Shown here: in pieces, positions 52,070-64,000 of the stretch
Numbering within the stretch: position 1 is the first letter of the stretch
How the letters are laid out: each line of letters opens with the position of its first letter
Assembly: GCA_964016885.1 (NCBI GenBank)
Contig: OZ024743.1
Location: 80,724,001 to 80,788,000 of the forward strand
Direction: 5' to 3'
Source: Eledone cirrhosa
Lineage: Eukaryota
Length of the DNA: 64,000 nucleotides
Translations under genes and position numbers: made by a program
Notes under the pieces: generated by a model
What the model saw: only the letters and a program-made list of their open reading frames with translations
Told to the model about the DNA's origin: nothing
Databases searched by the model: none

Positions 52070-53495
52070 ATGGCCATTAAACTGTACGCTATATAGCTTA
52101 CCATTTTAAAATATAAATTGGCATTAAACTACACTTTATATAGCTTACCATTTTAAAATATAAATTGGTATTAAACTAGACTTTATATAACTCACCATTT
52201 TAAAATATACCAGGCCATTACAATATATTATAAATAGAATGCCATTTTAAATTGCACACCGGCATTACAATATACTCTATATAGCTTACCATTGTATTAT
52301 ATAAATTGGCATTCAACTCTATTCGATATAGCTTCGGCAATTAATTCGAAATATATCTCATTTTGATTTTGATTTTGTTGCCAGCACTGTCCTTAGGCGA
52401 ACAACGAGTGGTTCTTCCACCCGTGACCACTCTACTTGATGCCAACGGCCTTAGCCAATATAGTATTAATTTATCGACACATGGACAGGACAGGCTACCT
52501 CACATCTCTCACTATTTTAGTTACATCCGATGATGAAGCAATGCAGAGATGGCATGCATAGATGCACTTATGTTGCCACTGTGATAGGTAAATTAAAATT
52601 ACATTTGTCGATGCAGTCTGTAATTATAGAAACCCATGGGTACGGGACAGAACCATATGTGACCGCTCCATTACAAATATATATTTTGTTAGCACCCTGA
52701 CAAGTGTTGTCTCGCTTATACTTTCAAACGATATCTTTTTGAGTGAGAAATTGTGAGTAATCGAGGTTATAGAAAATATATTTCCTATAGTCTCGCTACT
52801 TAGACAATAAATTGGCATTAAACTATACATTATATAGCTTACCATTTTAATATATATACACCACCATTAAACTATACTCTATAAAGCTCACCATTTTAAT
52901 ATATATACACCACCATTAAACTATACTCTATATAGCTTACCATTTTAATATATACACCACCATTAAACTATACTCTATAGAGCTTACCATTTTAATATAT
53001 ACACCACCATTAAACTATACTCTATATGGCTCACCATTTTAACATATACACCACCATTAAACTATACTCTATAGAGCTTACCATTTTAATATATACACCA
53101 CCATTAAACTATACTCTATATGGCTCACCATTTTAATATATACACCACCATAAAACTATACTCTATAGAGCTTACCATTTTAATATATACACCACCATTA
53201 AACTATACTCTATAGAGCTTACCATTTTAATATATACACCACCATTAAACTATACTCTATATGGCTCACCATTTTAATATATACACCACCATAAAACTAT
53301 ACTCTATAGAGCATGCCATTTTAATATATACACCACCATAAAACTATACTCTATAGAGCATGCCATTTTAATATATATACACCACCATTAAACTATACTC
53401 TATATGGCTCACCATTTTAATATATGCACCACCATAAAACTATACTCTATAGAGCATGCCATTTTAATATATATACACCACCATAAAACGATACT
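52070..53495. repeat. 47-bp minisatellite, left array (degenerate 52070-52330, homogeneous 52815-53495)
   Basis: Unit TTACCATTTTAATATATACACCACCATTAAACTATACTCTATAGAGC; period 47 (52983 to 53077 = 94). Confidence 0.95.
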
Positions 53496-55647
53496 TACTT
53501 ATACTTGTACTTGTGTCGACATTCACCCTGGACGGGTTGAGCCGGCTTCTTCCCTTGTCCTGACGGCATCCCGAACCATGGCAGCCCACGCACGACGGTC
53601 CCGGGCTAGGTCACTGGAGATAGCGAGCCAGTCACGGTTCCATCGGCGCAGGCCGACCACCTGCGAACCTGAGAGTTCGGAGAGGTCCTCCTTGATCGTC
53701 GTTGCCCAGGTCTTCAGCTGCCCGCCAACGCGCTTGCGCCAGTTAGGGAATGGAGGTGGGAGGAGAACATCGCGGATCAGCTCACCCGTAGGGCGCCGAG
53801 CTGCGTTACCAAACCATCTCAAGCGCTGTTGCAGAAGCACAGAAGGAAGGGGTCGAAGATTCAGGCGAAGACGAAGACTGGTGGTAGGTACCCGATCAAC
53901 GCGCCGACAGCGAAGAATGCGGTGGAGACAGTCATTGTCGAAGACCCCCAGCCCTCGTTGATCGACTACCCTCATAGGCCATGTTTTACAGCCATAGAGG
54001 AGGATAGTGCGAACGACGGCCTGGTAGATTCGCCCTTTGGTCGCCGAGGTGATCTCTCTTCTGTCCCACAGACACTGCAGGAGGCGCCCAAAAGTGGATC
54101 TGGCAGCAACTATGCGACGCTTGACCTCAGCTGCGCCCTGTCCCGTTGGAACCACTGTTGAGCCCAGGTAAACGAAGCACTCCACACCCCCCAGGTCCAC
54201 GCCTTCGAGAGATATTGGCTGCCAGACATCAGCCGAGACCAGTGACGTCATGACTTTCGACTTGGCGGCATTGATTCGTAGACCAACAGCGGCGGCTGCA
54301 GTGTGCACCCTTTCGAGAGCACCTTGTACATATGTCCCGTTTGCGCCCATCAGCACGATGTCATCCGCGTAGGCCAGGTCCGTCACCACGACCTCTACGC
54401 CCGGGTAATCCCGGAGCGCGGTGTTGAGAGTGTAGTCAATGGCGTAGAGTTAAAGAGAGTTGGCGATAGCGCACACCCCTGCCGAACACCGGTCCCAACA
54501 TCGAACGACTCCGTCTCCCCAACATAGACCCTCACTCGAGCCCGAATCAACCGGTAGTAGCCATGTATGAGACTAAGCAGCTTCACTGGGATGCCGTCCG
54601 CCTGCATTATACGCCACAGCGCTTCCCGATCTACCGAGTCGAAGGCAGCTGCAAAGTCGATGAAGCAGAGGACGGTAGGCTGTTGATGTGCCCACCGTTG
54701 TTCCAGGATACGCCGGAGAATGAAGATTTGATCAACGCACCCCCTCCCAGGACGGAAGCCGCCCTGAGAAGGACGGGTACGGACATCACGGATTGCCTGG
54801 AAACTCTTCAGCAGAAGAATTGCGAAGGTATTGCCAGCAACGTCAATTAAACTGATACCCTTGGAGTTGGAACACAGTTTCCTGTCGCCCTTTTTGAAGA
54901 AGGGTAGGAGAGTTGCCTCACTCCAGTCACCAGGGAACCGCTCCGTCGCCACACCGAGGAGAAGACTCGATGGAGCCAAGCTGTGAAGACATCAGGCTTG
55001 GCCTTGTAGACCTCAGCTGGAACGCCATCTTCGCCCGGCGCCTTGTTGTTCCGGAGATGTGTCAGGACACTACGTACCTTCTCGACCGTTGGAGGGGCAG
55101 TGCTGCACCCGTATTCTTCTCCGGAAGGCTGCACGTGGGTTGGCGTGGATGGTGGCGGGTGGTTGAGCAGCTCGGAGAAATGGTCCCGCCATCGGACTAG
55201 CCGGTCATTAAGATTGGTAATGCCCGACCCGTTCCGATCACGGATCGTCTCGCTGATACCCGTACTGCTTCGGCTGGCCCGCTTCACCAGTTGGTAGAGC
55301 TTGCGCGAGTCACCACAGGCTGCTGCCCTCTCCGTTTGCTCCGCAAATTCGCGCCAGTGTGCATTCTGATCGGCCCGATTTGCCCGAGATGTGCGACGTC
55401 ATAGATGTCGAAGATTGGGTGCACCCTCGAGTCGGGCCACTCTCGCCCTCTCCGTGAGTTCAAGACTGCCGCCGCGGATCCAGCCCCGATGGCGTCATTG
55501 GGTCGACCCGAGATAATCTCTGGCCACCTCAACCGACGCCGCCCTGAGCGCGTTCCACTCCTGCTCCGGTTGCTGTTCCACTTCGTTACTCAGCATTTGG
55601 AATCGGTTTCGCAGCTCTAGCCGGAAAACATTTCCAGCATCGAGCTT
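53496..55647 (-). mobile_element. 5'-truncated RTE-clade LINE inserted into the minisatellite
   Basis: RT motifs NNKAPGEDG, FKKGDR..CSN.KGISL, QGGFRPGRGCVDQIF, FIDF.AAFDSV, GVRQGC.LSP.LFN, DLAYADD, F.YLGS, RLRWFG; CAAGTA/TAAG short-repeat tail; candidate TSD CCATAAAAC(G/T)ATACT at 53481-53495 and 55648-55662; frameshifts. Confidence 0.93.
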
Positions 55648-56412
55648 CCATAAAACTATACTCTATATATCATACCATTTTGTTATACACACCACCATTA
55701 AATTATACTCTATATAGCTCACCATTTCAATATATACACCACCATTAAACTATACTCTATATATCATATCATTTTAATATATACACCCCCATTAAACTAT
55801 ACGATATATATCATACCATTTTAATATATACACCCCCATTAAAGTGTACTCTATATATCATACCATTTCAATATATACACCACCATTAAACTATACTCTA
55901 TATATCATACCATTTTAATATATACACCACCATTAAACAATACTCTATATAGCTCACCATTTCAATATATACACCACCATTAAACTATACTATATATAGC
56001 TCACCATTTTGTTATACACACCACCATTAAACTATACTATATATAGCTCACCATTTCAATATACACACCACCATTAAACTATACTCTATATATCATACAA
56101 TTTTTATATATACACCACCATTAAACTATACTCTATATAGCTTACCATTTTAATATATACACCACCATTAAACAATACTCTATATAGCTCACCATTTCAA
56201 TATATACACCACCATTAAACTATACTATATATAGCTCACCATTTTAATATATACACCACCATTAAACTATACTCTATATAGCTCACCATTTTAATATATA
56301 CACCACCATTAAACCATACTCTATATATCATACCATTATAATATATACACCACCATAAAGTGTACTCTATATACCATACCATTTTAATATATACACCACC
56401 ATAAAGTGTACT
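55648..56412. repeat. 47-bp minisatellite, right array
   Basis: Same unit with variants ATATCATACC, TTTCAA, TTTTGTTATAC. Confidence 0.95.
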
Positions 56413-56786
56413 GTATTTGGCAGCCATTTAGGAGTGTAAACTGCCATAATACTGCACTGTGTGACTTGATCGCCTGTAACTGTAAAGTTATAGGAATGCA
56501 AGAGAAGGAGAAAGATGTAGACGAAGTAAATCTATTATAATATGTCTAATGTAGGGTTGAAGTAGGAGGAGAAATATTATAGTCCGGAATAGGGTTAATC
56601 TAGTTTGACCACCCAAGATGATAGACTGGCTTATTACCTCGGTATAGTCGTCTCATGAAATGTATACTACAGCCTGCCATATATCATACACACACATACA
56701 TACACACAGACACATATATACACACATGTATACATACGAACATATTTACATATATACATACTTGTATGCCTATGTGTACGCATGTA

Positions 56787-56868
<82 letters not shown>

Positions 56869-57269
56869 TGTGTGTGTGTATTTGTGTGTATATGCGTATA
56901 TATGTGTATGTATACATGTGTATACATGTAATTGTAGGTATGCATGTGTACATAGATATATACATACCAGTGGTGGGGAGATGGCTGTAGCCAGTCGCCC
57001 CAACCACAAATATTTAAAAGGATCCAAATATATTTTTGGCAACCATAAATAACAGACAAGGGCCCCGATGAAATATTCAGCCATGGGCCCCACGAAAACT
57101 TAATCCACTTCTACTGACAAACATCACTCATGTATATACACACACACATACATACACATATATACACATACACACACACATACGCATACACGCACACAGA
57201 CACATACACATACACAAACATACATACACACACATACACATACACACAATACACGCATATATATATATG

Positions 57270-57362
<93 letters not shown>

Positions 57363-57746
57363 TATACACATACATAAATATATATATACACTCATTTTTA
57401 CACACCCACATAGACACTCTCGTGCATATTTTCACACACACATATATATATATATGCGCATAACAACATATACTTACATCGTACATATGTTTACATACAT
57501 AAGTATATACGTACATATATGTGTATATACGTGCATGTATGTATGTATATATACGTAGGCACACACACACACACACATATATATATATCCGCATACATAA
57601 ATACATACACACAGGCATACATTTGTACGTAGACGCACACATATATGCGTACATACATAAACTTACATAAATATATTCATGACATCTGAGTGTTTAGGGA
57701 TTGAATGAATTCACTCTGTCTGTGTATGGCTGTCTCACTGTCAGCG

Positions 57747-57808
<62 letters not shown>

Positions 57809-57978
57809 TCTCTCTCTCTCTGATTGATTACCTTACATGACCAAAAGTGAACGCATTCATCAGTCATATAATGTATGTAAACAACCCGCCAATATATATA
57901 TATATATATTTATGTGTGTGTGTGTGTGTATTTATATATGTACATATATATATATATATATTGAATGTGTGTATGTGT

Positions 57979-58051
<73 letters not shown>

Positions 58052-58060
58052 TATATATAT

Positions 58061-58793
58061 ATGAATGAAAAATTGCGTGCTGCGTTGTTGCGAATATGAA
58101 TATATGAATAAAAATAGACCGAAAAACAAGAATGTCCATCATCAGTAGTCTGCTGATTATCATTGGTATTTCGACGCATTAAAGACTAGATACCTAAAAT
58201 CAGTGCGAGCGATAACTAAATTATGTTATCGGGACAGAGGAAAACAGAGGAAAGTAAACAAACAACATGGTAGTAATGCAACGTAGAGAGAGGAAAAGAG
58301 AGACAAGTCAATGAATCTTGTGGGCTTAAGTCCGACAAATCAAATGACGAGAAGAAACAGACACGTCCGAGCCACGAGAAAAGTGAGAGAGGAAAGCATT
58401 TCACGCAGGTCAGACGGGAGAAAGTGAGAGAGGAGGAGTAGCAGAGAGTGAGTGAGTGAAAGTGTGAGGAAGGGGCCAGCCGAGAGTGAGTGACCAACAG
58501 CGGGAGTGGAGGAAAGCAAGAAGTAAAGGAGAGAGAAGGGGGAGAGAGAAAGAGGATAGCAGTAAGGTGACAGAAAAAATACGAACCACAGCGAAGGGAA
58601 AAAATATATGTGAATGAAAAATGGCGTGCTGCGTTGTTGAGAATATGAACATATGAATAAAAATAGACCGAGGAATTGGTATTTCTTCGCATTAAAGACT
58701 AGATACCTAAAATCACTCGTCATTTGATTTGTCGGACTTAAGCCCACAAGATTCATTGACTTGACTCTTTTTTCCTCTCTTTACGTTGCATTA
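58061..58793. mobile_element. Unclassified element with interleaved direct and inverted repeats (PLE-like architecture)
   Basis: 58061-58205 is repeated directly (with deletion) at 58608-58715; 58275-58350 is inverted at 58716-58793. Confidence 0.55.
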
Positions 58794-58849
58794 CAAATTT
58801 TTTTGAATTTGGCAAAGCCGGCCATTTATCGCACGTATACAGGAAACTG

Positions 58850-58953
58850 ACTGGCCAATCTGCTGATATGCAAATCTGGCTGATCAGTGGATCTGCTAAT
58901 ATGCAGATCTGACTGATCAGCCAGTCTGCTGACATGCAAATCAGGCCGATCAG
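58850..58953. repeat. 33-bp tandem repeat, 3 copies
   Basis: TCTGCTGATATGCAAATCTGGCTGATCAG.. starting at 58859, 58892 and 58925. Confidence 0.8.
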
Positions 58954-59197
58954 TCACTGTATACTTTTGAAAATAGCATATATTTTCACTAGCTCTGACA
59001 GTTTGGCAGGTGAACAGTGAGCTGTACTTATGAAGAGTGATATCCAGAAACATTAGTGTCTGCAGTTCTGTTCGCATGCCAACACAAGAGCAAGAATGAA
59101 GGGTTCATTCTACTGACATGGGTATAAAATTGAGGTTTGTTTGCATAATTGCAAACGAATCGAATGTTATTATTAATATTCGAAAAACTCAGATTAC

Positions 59198-59293
<96 letters not shown>

Positions 59294-59299
59294 GTATAT

Positions 59300-61033
59300 A
59301 ATCTTCCATAAAGATGGTCCATTAACCGAGGATCTCAAAGGGATAAGTGAAATACTGAATGAACAGTACAAAAGGAAGATGTGGTATCCGCCATAGACGA
59401 AATTAGAACAAATTCCCCTGCTGGACCTGATGGGTTCCCAGTAATCCTCCTAAAAATATGTAAACGTGCCTCAGCAAGACGACTGAAGATCCTCTTCAGA
59501 AGCTCCTTGGATAGCGGTAAACTACCCAGAGAGGTAAAAGAAGGCACAATATGCCCTATCCATAAATGAGGAAGCAGAGTGGAGGCCAAAAATTACAGGC
59601 CAGTCTCCCTGGCGTCACATATCAGTAAGGTCATGGAATGAATCATCAGAAAGAAACTGATCACGTTTCTCGAGGAAAATGACCGTCTAACTAACACGCA
59701 TTATGGCTTTCGCCCATGAAGAAGCTGCCTTACACAGCTATTACAACATTACGACTGGGTACTGAAACAACTACTAGACACCTCATACGTGGACGTGATA
59801 TATCTTGACTTTGCGAAGGCCTTTGACAAGGTCGACTATGGAATATGTCACAAACTACACATACTCGGCTTAACTGGAAAAGTAGATGAGTGGCTGCATG
59901 ATTTCTTAAAAGACAGAAGCCAGACAGTTGCAGCAAATGGGGCCCTCTCAAAGATAACATCAATAACAAGTGGGGTGCCCCAGGGCACAGTCTTGGGACC
60001 ACTACTGATTTTGGTGGCTCCCTCAGACATGTAGTACATACAACATCCCCCAGTAGCTATGCTGATGACACGAAGGTAACACAGTCAATCAAAAGCCCGA
60101 CTGATGTTTCCCTTTTACAACAAGATTTGGATTCCATATACAAATGGGCTGAGGACAACAACATGCAGTTTAATGCTGGAATATTTCGAGCCCTACAATA
60201 GAAACATGCAAACACAAAGACAATACAACAGCTACACTGGACCAGGATGGATGGAAATTCCTGTGTTGAAGTCTATAGGAGACCTGGGAATAGACATGAG
60301 CGACGATGCATCTTTTTCTTCACACATCATAATGGTGGCGATAATGTGCAGATGACTCGCTGGCTGGATCTTGAGGACTTTCCGGTCAAGGGACCGAGAG
60401 ACCATATTGATATTATGGAGGACATTTGTCCTAAACCACCTGGACTACTGCTCCCAGCTGTGGTCACCCCGTAGTATCAAACTAACCACGGAGCTTGAAG
60501 CAATCCAACGAACCTACACCAAGAGGATTGAGACGATGAAGGAGATAAGCTACTGGGAGAGGCTAAAAGAACTGAAACTCTAATCCTTGGAACGAAGACG
60601 GGAGAGACACGCAGTGATATATATATGGAAAATCCTGGAGGGACTAGCACCAAACTTTGGCATTGAGAGCTGGGCCAACCCCCGAACAGGAGATCACTGT
60701 GTGGTGCCAAATGTCCCGTCTTTCACATCTAGAATAAGGAGCAGATATTGCAATAGGGTGGGTTTCAAAGGCCCTCAACTCTTCAACAAGCTACCAAGAA
60801 ATTTGAGAGATCTGCATGGTGTGGACTTAGATGTTTTCAAGAAATATCTTGACACCCTGCTATCCAGGATCCCGGATGAGCCCCGAGCACGGTAAGAAGG
60901 CTACCTAAAGGCAGCAGCAACGATCTCCCTCTTATAACAATGGCCAGCCAACAGAGGCTGGAGATAGAATGTGTAGCAACAAGGGCAGTGCCCCAGCATG
61001 ACCTCAGCCGGATTGCTGGAACAGGTAAAAGAC
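59300..61033 (+). mobile_element. 5'-truncated decayed CR1-like LINE
   Basis: S.AGPDG, NYRPVSL.SH, QYGFR, IYLDFAKAFDKVD, SGVPQGTVLGPLL, SYADD, DLGI, LDYCSQLWSP, LE.IQR..TKRI, SYWERLKEL.L.SLERRR; multiple in-frame stops. Confidence 0.9.
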
Positions 61034-61042
61034 TATACATAC

Positions 61043-61087
<45 letters not shown>

Positions 61088-61089
<2 letters not shown>

Positions 61090-61295
61090 GGAACGAGTAG
61101 GACCTCGACGGCTGAGCTGAAGCCGTTTCGACGGCTAATTCTGGACTCAGAATTAGAGTCCAGAATTAGCCGTCGAAACGGCTTGAGCTCAGCCGTCGGG
61201 GTCCTACACCTTCCTATTACCCACTCTACTACCCTAAGTATTGAGTACTTTGGTGCGTTATGGTCCACCTGGTTCCTTACCACATTTCCTTCGTT
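61088..61295 (+). mobile_element. Family J PLE-like 3' end with 5' fold-back
   Basis: Palindrome around CTAATTCTGGACTCAGAATTAGAGTCCAGAATTAG, arms ~60 bp; same structure as 29948-30148. Confidence 0.8.
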
Positions 61296-61307
61296 ATATA
61301 TATATAT

Positions 61308-61496
61308 AGGGCAGTGGATTGGCAGTATCAGTAGAGGTTCGGACACCATGCTTTCTAGCATAGAGTTACGTCCCTTTACGGACTGGGTTCAAATCCCTCC
61401 AAGGTTAACTTTGCCTTTCATCCTTACGGGGTCGATAAAATAAAGTACCAGTAATGTACTGGGTAATTGCTGGCCTTGTGTCAAAAGTAGAAACAG

Positions 61497-61498
<2 letters not shown>
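61308..61498 (+). mobile_element. SINE family S1, near full length
   Basis: GGGCAGTGGATTGGCAGTATCAGTAG (A-box-like) ... GGGTTCAAATCC (B box) ... CTTTCATCCTTACGGGGTCGATAAAATAAAGTACCAG; reverse complement of 30661-30850. Confidence 0.8.
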
Positions 61499-61585
<87 letters not shown>

Positions 61586-61732
61586 AAGAGTGAAGAATAA
61601 CATGGTCGGATGTACAAAAAGGGTTTTATTTACAGTATTAACAATTGCTTCATTGATCAGGTGAGTCTAAAGCCCGCTAATCACTTGAAATTGCGTCACT
61701 CGACCTTAAATACAGTGTGTGTCTCTGATCAA

Positions 61733-61778
<46 letters not shown>

Positions 61779-61912
61779 TATATGTATATATTTATATATA
61801 CTTACATATATATATGTATGTATATAACCCATACAATCACTAATACTCTTTTATTCCTAATTAAACCATTTTTCAACTGTGAACAATTTGTCAGCATTTT
61901 CTATTCCGTTTA

Positions 61913-61950
<38 letters not shown>

Positions 61951-62559
61951 CTCACACGTGCTACCAAATATATTTCTACATACTTACATATTCTACATAA
62001 ACACATTACTTCAAATTTCATTTCCCAATTTTAGAATCAATTCAAATAATACATTCAAAAATACTTCATCAACTGACTACCCTACCCCCGCCTAGAATCC
62101 AAAATGGCGCATGTCGTCACCTTTTATTAAGATATGTCACGTTGTTATTAATTTTAGATGGCACAGCGATTATTATGACATATTTCATATAGAAATCGAT
62201 ATTAAAACCACATTAGCATTTATATAGATGGTTTATTCCCCACTGCTTCATCGAAAGTATTCAAGACGTAAATCTTTTGACATTTTCAAAATGTAAAAGT
62301 TATATAAGATTATATTACTTTTCGGGATCAAATGTTTCGAGTTTGGTGGACTGGAATAACTTATGTTGTATACGTGTTTTGTCTGTGTTTGTGTTAATTA
62401 TGCATGTAAGTAATTATGCATATATCTATATATATAGCATTTTCCTTATATTCTTGGCCATACAAACTATATTTTTAATATATACTAATATTACCATTAG
62501 TAAATTTTGTAAACGTATTTTTTTTTTGACGTTATATATTTTTTATTCCTTAAATTTTC

Positions 62560-63258
62560 TTCTTTCTTCTCTCCTTCCGTGCTCGTATTAAACCTATTAT
62601 TTACTTTTTCATATTACAATACATAGAAACAAACTTAGACCCTAACTAATTCCTCTAAGTTCATAATTCATTTAATCTCTTCTTCATTCACCTTATCTCC
62701 TTAATATTTTTATTTTAATAATACATATTAATAAATTCCTTTTCGCACATATTAAACCCTTCAATATATAAACCTTAAATAAATACTATTCTTAATTCCT
62801 TTTTCTTTAATCATAAACTTCACCATTCATAAACCTCATTAACTTTTAATTTAAATTTTTTTTTAAATTATGTATTATCTTACAACGGTTTTTTTAAATT
62901 TCTCTCTGTGAGACAGTGTTTCTCAGTATTAAAGGCTATCTCTCTCTCTCTCTCTCACTCATTTCTCCTCCTCTCTCATCCTTCCTTCTTATACTCCTCC
63001 CCCGTTATCCTTTATTTTCTTTCTTCCTCACCTTTTCCTTCACCCTTTCTTTTCTTTTTTTTTTCCCCAATCTCATATATCCATCTTATTTTATTTTTCA
63101 TATGTAGATTTAATATTTTACTGCTCGCAAGTGTTTTTTAAGCTTCATATTATGTCTCCCTATTTTATCTGATGAGAACGCAAATATCATCCCATGATAT
63201 TTGTTTTTGAAATGCGCATAATAAAATACATGGAACTCTTTTAACCATCTTTTGATCT

Positions 63259-63266
<8 letters not shown>
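62560..63266 (+). mobile_element. Diverged PLE family A 3' UTR plus pLTR
   Basis: Pyrimidine-rich UTR similar to the reverse complement of 31640-32300; ends TTTAACCATCTTTTGATCTTATAT(TA)n like 2120-2140 and 33337-33362. Confidence 0.75.
63161..63228 (+). ncRNA. Type I hammerhead ribozyme motif (family A)
   Basis: TATTTTAT-CTGATGA-GAACG-CAAATATCAT-CCC-ATGATATTTG-TTTTT-GAAA-TGCGCA-TA-ATAAAATA. Confidence 0.82.
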
Positions 63267-63354
<88 letters not shown>

Positions 63355-63440
63355 AAATTGAGATAAGCGGAGCAAGCAAGATTCAAACAATTTTTTTAAA
63401 TAAATTAAAAAATATAATTTAAATATTTACCTATTCCAAT

Positions 63441-63524
63441 TGCTTTTACCGAACGGTTTCACTTCACAAAAGATTGGAGATCCCTGGGGACTTCCAATGG
63501 AAAAGTTTAGATCATCAGAAAGCA
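63441..63524 (-). ncRNA. Type I hammerhead ribozyme motif (family H)
   Basis: Minus strand TGCTTT-CTGATGA-long stem II-GAAA-CCGTTCGG-TA-AAAGCA; ends in (TA)n about 90 bp downstream. Confidence 0.7.
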
Positions 63525-64000
63525 TTTTCCTTTCCTAGGACAAAAAGTCCCAGGAACAGCAAAATATATTGCCATCTGCCAGCTAGCACAGGTTCGAATG
63601 GGGCCGAAAATTTGACCTATGCATGAACCAGTCCATAGTAATACCATAGAACAACCCCTGTATCATAGAAACCCTATATATTACCAGGGGTACTTAGTAC
63701 CTGTGGGGATATTAACTTCTTTTATATATATATATATACACATTTTTTCTTCTAACTTTGATTTTGTACCTAATTGTGTATGGTTGACGATATATCTAAT
63801 CGATTTCCACTTGCTATTAGAAATGTTGGGTAAATATTCTATGGTTGTTGATCGCGGATAGATAGGTATCTTTTATTTATCTATTGTTTCTTCATAGGTG
63901 CCTTTTAATCTTATAGCCCTGTTTAATTGTTTTTTTGTGTGGCCGATTATGCTGATTGGGAGAGGAAATAATGTATATATTTTATCAAATGATTCTATGG

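Noticed and set aside
53404-55620. Plus-strand ORFs over the RTE
   Set aside because: Antisense shadows of a GC-rich RT coding region
52815-56412. CRISPR-like array
   Set aside because: Head-to-tail 47-bp units with no unique spacers, no cas genes, eukaryotic context
63740-64000. PLE RT-linker coding remnant on the minus strand
   Set aside because: Only weak motif resemblance with stops and frameshifts, and cut by the window edge; not callable

Overview
AT-rich, microsatellite-dense animal genomic DNA. The SINE families resemble those of octopod cephalopods (inference from recalled consensus sequences, not a search). No host protein-coding gene can be confidently called; almost all ORF-track entries are translations of (TA)n, (CA)n or (GGT/GTT)n repeats. 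Main contents: (1) many short Penelope-like-element (PLE) 3' ends and fold-back pseudo-LTRs wedged between (TA)n tracts, carrying at least 14 type-I hammerhead ribozyme (HHR) motifs from about 8 sequence families, including one 2-kb Naiad-like PLE with a GIY-YIG endonuclease remnant and inverted pLTRs (31.4-33.4 kb); (2) a ~16.4-kb compound (GGT)n-GTTACT-(GTT)n satellite with ~2.6-3.6 kb and ~6.4 kb higher-order periodicity, which reads as a Gly/Val/Thr block polymer on + or a Pro/Thr mucin-like chain on - but is broken by nine propagated frameshifts; (3) decayed transposons: an internally deleted hAT with 17-bp TIRs and an 8-bp TSD, an R4/Dong-like RT-RLE LINE, a GC-rich RTE LINE inserted in a 47-bp minisatellite, and a CR1-like LINE; (4) several SINE and non-autonomous families, one with conserved tandem hairpins. 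Coordinates were read by eye and repeat edges may be off by a few to tens of bases.
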